A stretch of DNA of 63,778 nt, the filler included, from Intoshia linei (Eukaryota; Animalia; Orthonectida): NCBI GenBank assembly GCA_001642005.1. It is 5 parts of 5 records of this genome, joined end to end, with 100 filler letters (N's around TTAATTAATTAA, not from the genome) between each part and the next. Parts side by side here need not be neighbours in the genome. Positions count along the whole stretch, not along the records: positions 10,126 to 27,197 come from LWCA01000831.1; 4 more parts are not named here. One strand, given 5' to 3'. Shown here piece by piece: positions 11,391 to 23,100 of the stretch. The notes beneath the pieces are model-generated. The model was not told where the DNA came from and ran no database searches. It saw only the letters and a program-made list of their open reading frames with translations. Within the stretch, counting starts at the first letter, position 1, and each line of letters starts with the position of its first letter. The position numbers were made by a program, and so were the translations under genes.

Positions 11391-14127
11391 TAGATTGATC
11401 ATCTGGATCTATATATTTCATATTTTCAATGTCATACTTTGTTATATTATTGATAGCAAAAATATTAGTTTTTGGATTACTATATCCACGATTCCCAAAG
11501 AAAACTAATCTAAGATAAAATAGTGTTATTATGATTATTATCGCTAGAATAAGAACTTCTAGGTTGCCATCATTAATAATATATTTTTGATTTTATCGAA
11601 ATTTAATATAATAATACTAATATTATATATATATTTAATAATAAATAAGCACAGTGCAATTTTTACTTATTAAATTTTATACAGATAGTATTACATTTTA
11701 TATTGTCTTACTATGAATAATGTAATATCATATTAATTAATAATAATTATTATTATTAATGTTCATTTTCATTTAAAAAAACTTCTATTTTTTGGAATTA
11801 AATTTTTTTATAAAAAATCGTAACAAACGGGAAATTTTTCCAATTGCCTCTTTGGCTTAATTGGTCAGATTATTCGCATGGTGTTAATATTAATAATATC
11901 TTTAACCATAATTTTATTTTTTTAAAAGCTTACATGCAGTGGCGAATAAATTATAAAATATTCGAATAAATATAATATATTTAATAATATTTAAAATAAT
12001 ATGATGATAATAATGATATATAATTTATAATAATGATTTTACCTCATTTGTTTAGTAAATTTATAATACCAATTATTGAATTGATTTAGTAAATTTTTCT
12101 TTGACGGATAAATTTGTTTGGAAACTGCATGACGCCAAAAATATTTTTCGAAACGTAATCTTGATTGACCAATTCCAGGAACTAAAAATATATATTTTTA
12201 TTTAATGGACTAGTTTGACTGTTATATACATCGTATTTTTTTTCATTGTTACCCAATGTTTCATTTTCAAATTCATTCTCAAATTTAAATTAAAACTACA
12301 AAAACGAATTAATAAAAAAACAACTTTGTTATTTATTAACAAATTAAATTGACGTGGAATAATTCACTTTAAATTGAAAGGTACTGTGATTGACGGGTCC
12401 ACGTGTAACAAGTTTGGAGCCACTCCTTTAAATGATTGATAATAACATTTTTAGGTAAAATTTTTTTATTGAATTTATTTTTGTATTGGAATAAAAATTT
12501 CCACCCTCGGCAGAGCTAGGATGCTGTATGTACAAAGTACATAACAATCAAGATGGTATAATGATAAAAGTATAATAAAATGAAATGCTTTTTTTTGTCT
12601 TTACATTTATTTATTTATTTTTTGAAATTCTAGGGCTATTTTCATTAAAAAAAGAAGGGTAATTTGGGATTTTGGCCCTGAAGATATAATTTTTTTAAAT
12701 TTAAATTTATGACAATGTTTATGATTTTAAAATCCGTATATATTTTATTAAATTCTCCAACTCGTTTGATTTTCAAAAAGAGGAAGAACTGGAGTTTTTG
12801 ACCCGTAAGATGTAAGATGAAATTTATGTTAATATACGTCCCGAAAATTTAAGCTCACTGTAAATAATATTAAAAAAAATAAATTAAATAATAATAATAA
12901 TATATATAAAAATATAATAATAAATACTAAGTATTATTGGGTTTTTGTGATCATGCCCATTATTCCCATTATTCCCATTATTTCCGTTGCCTAAAATAAT
13001 ATTTATTAACATAAGAATATTATACAGTCTAAATCTCTTTATCGAAAATGTCAATAATTAATTTCGATAATAATGAACAATTTTGACTCAAAAATGGAAC
13101 ATTATATAGAATGATTGCTTAGTAAATTAATTAAGATTAAACAGTAATTTACTTAGACATAGATTACTTTCAGCGAATTGTTTTAAAAGTGAAAAAATAT
13201 TAATTTAATAGAATAGGGAACCAAGACAAGGAAAAAATGATATAAGTGACATAATAGAAAAAAATTTTTAAATTTAATAAATGTTTTTTATTGAAATTAT
13301 ATTATTTAACCCACATTACGTATGTATTAACCTACATTGTATGTATCAATAAATCACCTAATTCATTACGAAATAATAAAAAAAATTATATAATTTTAAT
13401 AGACATCAATTAATTTTTTAATTAATAGATATCAAAGTAAAATTAACTTTATTATTTAGATATTTCTAAAATGTTCATTAAATCACCAAAATCGTTAATA
13501 AGTGTTCATTATGGACAGTTTAGACTGTATATAGAATTGACTAATTATCTAATCTAATATCAAATTAACTAAACATCGTGACTAATCGCTTATAATTAAT
13601 AAGATATATTATTAGTATTATATTTTTAGTAAATCATTATTACCAATATCATTGATTTCATTCACTAAAAGTTTATATTCGCAAATTTGACATTTAGCTT
13701 ATTAGCTTTTTTATAATTTCATGTAAAAAAACAATCAAAATGTATAAGGGTTAAGTAATAAGAATATTTGTTTATTGGTAAATACTAGATACTGTAAAAT
13801 ATAAAATGTTCACACTTTAATAGCTGTGACCATCGTTTTGTCATTATTTGAAAATATGGTTAAGTGCAAATTAATGGCATCGAAATTCCTAGTTTGTGGT
13901 GGTGTATAAATTATATATTAAATTTGCGGACACGCTAGTATAAATACAACAAATGTTTAATCTACACTTTATTTATAACATTAATATTTTAGTAATGGAA
14001 TTATTAACTAAGTAAGTAAATTAAGTAAAGTAAATCTACTTGTTAAAAACATACCATCAAATTCCATACCGAACAGTATGTTTACTGTAATACACATAAA
14101 AAACAATATTTTCACTATTTTTAACAT
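11391..14127 (-). CDS. LCAT/PLA2G15-like paralogue 2 (5' four exons only)
   Basis: Exons 14127-14055 (signal peptide MLKIVKILFFMCITVNILFG), 12990-12928 (GNGNNGNNGNNGHDHKNPIIL), 12181-12043 (IPGIGQSRL...) and 11509-11391 splice in frame, with the same intron phases as the upstream paralogue. Confidence 0.75.
13024..13527. mobile_element. Tigger/pogo-type MITE
   Basis: TA-CAGTCTAAA...TTTAGACTG-TA ends. The right end resembles the elements at 31400-32747 and 50587-51379. Confidence 0.6.
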
Positions 14128-14747
14128 TTTATTTCGAACAGCAATAAATTTTTGCGTTGTATATGTAAATATAATTTTAAAATGAGTAAGATTCAATATT
14201 AAAACCAAGTATCATTTTTGTCTTATTTGCTTAAATCAGTTTCATAAAATTTATATTTAATATTATTTATGAAAACCAAATAAGATATGTATGCGCAAAC
14301 ATAAAGCAATCAGGTCTGAATCTCATTTGATATTTTGACATATACAATATTAAAAAATCAGCAGTTATGTTTTATTTGGAAAATATTACATCAACTTTAT
14401 TAGCACTACCAGCTTCACAGATTTTTACTTTGTGAAATACAGTAACTGGCTCTACTGATGGCGGACTCTTTTAAATTAACGTATTAAAAATTGAATATAA
14501 GTTTGCATAATTTATTAAACATGTAATGATATTCTACCAACTCTTTGAAGCTGAAGTTTTCAAACTTAACTCGATAAATAAACAACTATTTGATATCATA
14601 ATTTAATATAGTGCAGTGATTCCCAACGTGGGGTGTGCGTCCACCGATGAGGCTTGTGAATATTTGGTTGGGTTTTAAAAATTTTAGAAAATCATCAATT
14701 ATGTCCATTGTTACAAATTTATTGATAAGCTTAATTTTTATTTAAAT

Positions 14748-15990
14748 CCTATCTCCTATAATATGCTACGCGATTTTTGTCTGTGTGTGTATTAAGCTTT
14801 ATTTAAATAACTACCCGTCTTAGATTTTTTTAAATACCACATTTCAATTACAGTGTTTTTCGGGACGTACATTAATATAAATTTCAACCTACCAAACTCA
14901 GATCTCACGTGTCAAAAAGACCAATTGTCCTTTTTTTTGAAAATCAAACGAATTCGAAAATTTAATAAAAACTAGAGCACTAGAATTACAAAAAACTGCA
15001 GGTTGTACAATTGTATAATGTTAACACACACAATAATATAAATCTGAATAAGTGACGCTTTAATGGTCAAATAAGCATTTTAGTATTCATATATTTTTTG
15101 CCAAAATATTTTAGTAAAACAAAAAATGTGAAATAATTAAATATCCGAAAATTAAAAAAAATATTATTCTGATAGAGCTTATTTCAGTTAATATAAATAC
15201 AAAATTTCAACCTGAAATTTACGCATTCTCGCTGAAAAATAATTAGTAATATAATATCAACCAATATTTTTAAAATATTTCGATTAAAATAAAAATTGAA
15301 AATGTAATTTTTAAATTTCAAATTCTCATTTTAAAAACATTTTTTTAAAATTTAAGCTACAACAACGAAACTAAAAGTAATACAACTTTGTTACTATCAT
15401 TTTTATATTTATTACAATCCTTTGCAACATTGGTAAAATTCAACTGAAATATGTTTATAAAGTGAAGATTCCTTAATTATTAATACATAATTGGTATCTT
15501 AAAGTATTTATTAAATTTTTACTGAATATACATCATCACATAGAATTAGAGTAAATTTATTAAATTAAATTTTCAACGTGAATTTATTTTTTATGTATAA
15601 TAAAAAAATGCCTTCGATAACATGGATGACTACATATGTAGTCATCGGTCACTAATAGTTTAACCCAAAAACGCTATTTTAAAAATTTTTAGAATTTATT
15701 ATTTTGGCTTTATTTTCGAGATTATACACTCTTCTCTGTAATAAATTGAATAAATGGGATGACAAAATTGTTTTTAAAATTCTATACAAAAATGCTAACC
15801 AAATAAAATTAAGTGGCCATTATTCATCGAATATTTAAAAGTAAAGTAAAATTTAAGTTTATACATAACTTCTTTAAATGATTGTTAATAATGATTGGAT
15901 TTTTTAATTAACATTGTATTATTGATTTTATTTATTTGAAATAATTAGATAAATCCGCATTCTGCAGATCTAGTTGCTGTTTGTACGCAG
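14748..15990 (+). mobile_element. Degenerate, rearranged Helitron copy or copies
   Basis: Starts TCCTATCTCCTATAATATGCTACGCG..GTGTGTG, is colinear with the 60275 copy, and has a decayed 3' end near 15990. Confidence 0.75.
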
Positions 15991-16627
15991 TAAATAAAGT
16001 GATCCTTACTTATATAACAATAGACAATACTGAAAAATACATCTGCATAAAAATAATATCATCTTGTGCATAATCTAGCGCTGATTTAAATGATATAATA
16101 TATTTATAAGTTTTAATTCATATAACCCACTTATTAACACTTTGAATGTTAAAAAAAATATAAAATTTCACTTCAATTCTAAATTTGACCAATTATATCA
16201 ATCCAAATCCATTTTCCTTGTATTGGACGCATATCACCAATTCCGAAACTACTCGATTTGACAAATTTTTACATCGACGACCATCACAATGTAGACTCAT
16301 TTTTTTATCCGATATTGTATATGTTGTATTTTTTATTTAAGACTACTCATTTTACTTTGATTATTTATAACTTAAATGAAAAAATATGCATAAATTATAG
16401 AAATAATATATAATATAAACTACAATATACATGTTTAAATTAATATTAGGTTAAAAACTTTAAACGTCTTGCGCAACTCAACCCCAAATTTTTAGCAAAT
16501 TTTAATGCTGAGATGATGTTTTTAATTATAATACTAGACTAATTTTTACTTAGGCTAAAAGAGATTCTGTTATGTCAAACACACTAATACATAGGTAAAA
16601 TTATTAAAAGACAGATAAAAGACAACA

Positions 16628-17015
16628 GGGGTTTTTGACCCTTAAGATGTGAAATTGGGAAGTTGAAATATATCTTAATATACGTCCCGAAAAAAACTGT
16701 AATTGAAATGTGGTCTTTAAAAAATTTTAAAAAGGGTAGTTATTGAACTAAAGCTGAACACACACACAGACACACAAACAAAAATCGCGTCATATTTTAT
16801 ATAAGTTAGGATTCTGTCTAATAAATTAAAAAAATGGAATAACAATTGTTGTAAAATTCTTTACGCAAATGTTAACAAAACACAGGATTGATAATAGTTA
16901 ATAGTGTAATTTTTAAGTTAGATTTTCAACGTGAATTTATTTTTTTGGTATAATAAAAGAGTGCCCTCGGCAGAGGTAAGTGCTGTTGGCACGTAGTACA
17001 TAACAGTCAACCTAG
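16628..17015. mobile_element. Helitron 5' fragment (-) joined head-to-head to a 3' fragment (+)
   Basis: Minus-strand 5' end ATAAGTTAGGA at 16801-16811 is directly followed by a plus-strand 3' segment ending AACAGTCAACCTAG-T at 17015. Confidence 0.8.
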
Positions 17016-17136
17016 TACATTATATAATTAAAAGTAAATTTATACTTTTATTTAATTAAAAAATACAATTTTTTAAGAGAAACAACGGTTTTCAAATGTT
17101 TATTGTAATAAACCAACACAAAATGTGTAGTCTATT

Positions 17137-20100
17137 TTAATTTTGAGACTCTATTTTATTTCGAATAAAATTTTTAATTTTAACATGTGAGTTTCCTTGA
17201 TTACTAATAGCTAATGGTTCATAGGTATTATCCTCAACATTGATTTTAAGAACGTCTGCTTTGCCTATGTAATCTTCACAAATGTTTATACCTAAATAAT
17301 TGTATGTTAATTGCATTATAATTAATTACTAACTACTTATAATAAAAATTTACTATCAGCGGTCGTTCTTCCGTCTCCAGATACGTAATGAGTTGTTTTC
17401 GTATCATAATCATAAAATGATATTGTAGAAGAAATGGTTGTAGCAGATATGCAGCATATTCGTATATCTGTTTTACTCATTAGATTATGAATTTGTTCGT
17501 GTATATATTTATTTTTTTCATATTGAATGATTTCTCGTGGTGAAAAAAACATTCGATAATCACTCATTGATACATTTCTAGATCTATCCATATATATTGC
17601 TTGATCATATTCTACATTTCTGACATTAACCATTAAACTATAAATTGCCTCCGTTTTTTTAACATTTTTGGAATGAACTTTACCATAAAAATAGTTTTTA
17701 TTTTTTTTTGATGATTTGTTACCTAAATCATACATTTAACAAAGCAGTACTAAGAATAAAGGTGACACTTAGTACATATTATTATTAGCTCGCCAGCTTA
17801 TGGTCCGAAAATTAAAAAAAAGATTACGCTGATGCGGATTAGAAAATCATAAACATTATCATAAATTTAAATTTAAAAAAATCTTCAGGACCAAAACCAC
17901 AAATTACCCTTCTTTTTTTTTGAAAACACCCCTAAAATTTCAAAATTTACATGTGGTAGAGTTGTAACATGTTAACACAACTAAAAAATTTCAATCCGAA
18001 TAAGTTACGACTTCACGGTCAAAAAAGCATTTTAGTATTCATATATTTTTTTTCTAAAATATTTTATTAAAACAAAAAATATGAAATAATTAACAGTCCG
18101 AAAATTAAAAAAAAGATTAATCTGATAGAGCTTATTCCAGTTGATATAAATACAAAATTTTAACCCCAGAAATCTACGCATTCCCGGTGAAAAATAATTT
18201 TTAATATATTATCAACCAATATTTTTTAAATATTTTGATTAAAATAAAAATTGAAAATGTAAATATTGATCCTACAATTTCAAAAAAAATGTGCATTGTA
18301 CGTCTACACATTTTCAATAAAAACGTATTGTTGAAAATCTATATAATCTACTCCTTCACTATTTTTAAATTTCAAATTTTCACTTTCAAAAAATTTTTAT
18401 TAAAACATTCAAATTTAAATAAGAAACATCAACAAAACTAAAAAAACTGTTAATATCATTTTTATATTAGAAACCTTTGTAATAATAATAAAATCCGACT
18501 GAAATGTTTATAAAGTGATAATTCAGTTAATTATTGATACACAATTGGTACTGAATATATATAATCACATTGAAAATGCCAAAATAGATTTTTATAATTT
18601 TATTTTTTCAGGAATTTATGCTATTTATGATAATTTTTAGGATTGGACTGTTTTTACTTTATTTTAATATTATACAACAGATTCTGTCTGATAAATGAAA
18701 AAAAATGGGATTTCAATTGTTTTTAATATGCTTGACACAAATTTTACAAAACAAAATTAAGATTGAATAATTCACTTTAAAGTAAAAGGTAATTGATATG
18801 ACGGTTCCAGGTAAAACAAGTTTGGGAATTACGCCTTTAAAAAATTGATAATAGTCAATAATAGCATTTGAAAGTTAAATTTTCAACGTGAATATATTTT
18901 TTTGGTAAAATAAAAATGTTCCCTCGAACAGCTAGATGCTGTTTGTATGTAGTACATAAAAGTCAACTCGTAAATAAATAAATAAATATACCGTCATGAG
19001 GTTAAAATTTATGACACGGCTGATAAGCTTAAAAACTATATTAATGTCCATTCTTATGAAATTCTGACTGTAAGACATAATTAAAATATGGGTTGTTTAG
19101 GGCGGAGTTAGTTGCTTATCATCCGAAGTACATAAAATTCGAGATAGTTATAATGATAACAAAAATTATATTAAATCTATTTTATGATGTAATTAAGTTG
19201 AAAATTAATGTGAATATATTGTTAATAACTAAATTATTTCAGCTTCAATTAAATTCAAGGATGTGGCATTAAAGGTAATAGTAGATTTAATATAATCTAA
19301 ACGTTGTACCCTGAAAATAAATTATAAGACTGAGATTATATACCATGAAAAACTTCAAATAGAGCCATATTTGAGCCTCCCAATGGAGCATTAATCATAA
19401 TGATTTTTTCAATTTTTTTAGCAATCGATTCGTTCTGGACTATTGATGAAAGCACCTTAAGTGCACCGTATTCATGTGCAATAAGAATTAATTTTTTATT
19501 ATTAACTTTAAAAGCCTTTTCAATCAAATTCAGAAACTTTTCCGCAAATATCTCATTTCCTAAATTATATCTAATATATATTATATACATATTAGGGCGT
19601 CCAATTTTTTAAAGATAGAAAAGTATATTTGAATATATGTGTTTTCATACACTTATCACAAATATGTGAAACTTCATTAATTTAATTAAATTAATCCCGC
19701 CTGAAATTAAAACAAGTATGATGCTTTTATTTTAAAAAATGTGAACTATACTTTATTAAACTATTTTATTAACAGTAAATTAATTATTATTAAAAATCTT
19801 TACAAGCATTTTGCACTTATACATTTCTTAAATAGGTTATTTCAAAGCTGTTAATAGCAATATAAATATTATTTTTTTTGTAATTTTGTATAAATCAACA
19901 ATCTTTAATGATATAAAATAAATTTCGAGATCTAATAATGAATTATTCAAAAAAGGTTTGAGTTTGAATGATAAAATATCTTTATGAATTATTGGTTAGT
20001 GAATATCTTAGTAATGTGTCGAGATTACCTACAATAATAAAAGTAATGGGAAGATACCTTTTTATTAGAAATGGAAAATAACAAAACGAAAATCTTATTA

Positions 20101-23100
20101 CCGTCATAAAACTGTAATATAACTATATTATTTATGGATAAAGTGCACTCTGGCACCGATTCCATTAGGATTAGTAAAAGTCAAAATTAGAGAACAAGCA
20201 CTCTATCTAAAAAATTCAAACCATCACCAAAAATGTATACAGAATTAAGGCAACATATTAAATATAAAAGATAAAAAAATCAAAATTCACGAAGATGCAA
20301 AGTTTCTTCAAACACAAGTGATTCTCCAAGATTCTGATGGACAAAGTAGATCATTTTCTAGTAGTTTTTGCATATGAAATTTACAAACTCAACAAAACTA
20401 CTTATTTATTCCAAATAAACTAAAAGTGATACTACGTATTTTTCTGGCCACTTTATCTAAAAAGGCCATTTTCAAGGCGCAAATTAGAGAAGTAACTACT
20501 AAAGAATTAAGAATTAAACAATATTTAATATGATAAAGCCTAAAATTAAAATTATTTTAACATTATTTGAAGGTGATTTATACCTATATTTTGATGGAAA
20601 ATTGAACCATAAGTTATCGAAACTGGAATAAATATGTGGAATTTTTTGTTGTATGTGAGTCAAGTAGTATAGATAAAGAATTATCTATGTTTATTTCTTT
20701 ATCCATTTCTCTAATTAATCCATATTATATGAATGCTGCATCTTTCACATTCTGGGTCTATTTATCAAATATACTCTTTAATGATTATTTAAAAATGGCA
20801 CAGAAGGACACATATAAATCCCATTTGTTGCATTGGTTTGACCATATTTTGAAAACCGCATAGATAACTACGTTGGATCAAAAAACATTGAAAATATCAT
20901 TAATATTGAAGGTTTATGTATAAATGATTGCTTGGAGTTATATGATCTCATCATGCTTCTTAACTTAACAATCTGAAAAAAAAATCACAAATATCATTCA
21001 AATATCCAAGACCTAATAACTAAATAGTATATCCAATGCACTATGGAACGCAAATGTAATTTACGCTATTAAAGCATATCTCTTGGAATGAGAGACCCTA
21101 ATATGGTCGAGGCATGTGATTTTATTTGTTCATATTGGGTAAAATGCTTATGCAATTGTAAATAATTATTAATATTATTTTATATATCGAAAATTTTCAT
21201 AAAAATAATATTAGGTATTCCGAAATAATCGATTGGAGTGAACTTTCGAAATTATAGTATTCTCTCCACAACTAGCTAACTATATAACTCGCCAATTCTT
21301 TAACTCGACTTTTAATTTAAAATATAACGAAATTTTTTATTTTTCCATTTTTCATTCAAAATAAGGTATTTTGTATTAAACTTAACAATTTGTATTACAA
21401 TTTACATTTTATTAGAATTTAATCTTTAATTTAAATGTTTTATCTACTGTTTCTATATTTTAAATTCTTTATCTCGTTAACTTTTTCTAAATTCCAGAAA
21501 TGGCAAGTTGTAGAGAGAACACTGTATTTAAATAAAAAATCTAATGTTCAAATTCAAACTCATATGGATAAATTTCTAAAATCACATAAAAATATAAAGT
21601 TAAATCCATTACAGTAATTTATAACAACGAAATATCGGAACGAGTTCTTACCCAAATAGAAATAAGAACAACAGTTTGAACAGACCAAATTGGAGTTAAA
21701 ACTGTTTTCTAAATTCAATAATTTTAATTAATAAAGTCAAGTAAAAATATTTTTTTTAAAAAGGTTAAAACTTTTTAGGTAAAATACATTATGAATTTTA
21801 GAATTTTTGCTTAGATATTTATGTCAATCTAATTTATGTTATTTCCAATCTTCAGTAAAATATATTTTTTGTAATTCAACAAAAATTGTCAAAAGTGGAC
21901 ACCCTAATAAATATATTGTAAATGTTTACAATTAATAATAATAATAAAAATACATAATAATTTAAAATAACAATTACTTTACTTAAACTAACAGTAGAAA
22001 TAATAAAATTAGCAGTAGATTTAAAAACTTTCCAATAACATTTAGCACAAATTAACTGTAATATTTTTCAAATTTTACAGTAATATTACTGATTTTTGCA
22101 GTTTTTAAAAATGAACGGTAATATCAATTTTTATCAAATTTTGTAGGTTTAACATGTAAAATTGTACAAATAAATGAATATATTTTTAACAAATTGGTGA
22201 ATATTTTAAAATCTATTTTTTACCATTTTTAACATTTTTGAGACCAGTGAGTTAACGAACCCTATTAAAACTTGGAAAGTAAATTTTTGAAAATAATTTA
22301 ATTTTAACTTTCAAGAAAAATAAAAAACCATTTTTTGTCTATAAAATATATTGAAAAATACTACGAATAGATAAATTATAATCATCTGTAATTAATACAT
22401 TATTATTTATTGATTTTGCCGAGTATAATCAAAGTTGGTTATTTCGATTAGATTACTTATTTAATTAATGTAACCTTAAGATTAAAAATGATCCTAATAC
22501 AGTCAAAATTTCATTTAACGAAAATGGAAAAACGTTAAAATGGCATATTCGTTAAATTCATTTAACGAAAATATTAAAAATAAAAAAATAACCATAGATT
22601 ACGATCAAATTTATTTATATTGACCAATAATATTAACAAATTTCGACGTTCGTTAAATGTAATATTCGTTAAACAAAACATTCGTTAAATGAGATTTTGA
22701 CTATTAGTTGACGGTTATATTAAATTAAGTTTTAAATATATCTTTAACAAAAGAGGCAATTTACAAATTGACTCACTACGGTTTACGAAGTAATTGTAAG
22801 TTTAAGAAATTATACTGTCAATTTACTGTTAAAAATCGGCATAACTACTGTTCAGAATGCTACTGCTAATTTAAGTAAAATGTGACAGTTAATTTAATGA
22901 GTAAAATAAAATAACTGCTAGTTTAAATGTATATTAATAACCTAATCCCAATCTATAATCATAAGGAAAACCAAACAGATTTTTTCCTGAAAAGTATTCC
23001 ATCTTAGAAACCAAAAATTGCGTTATGTCTGCAAAAACTTTATCTAAAAAAATATAAATATAAACCAATTTAACATTATCATAACTGACAGCCTCATAAA

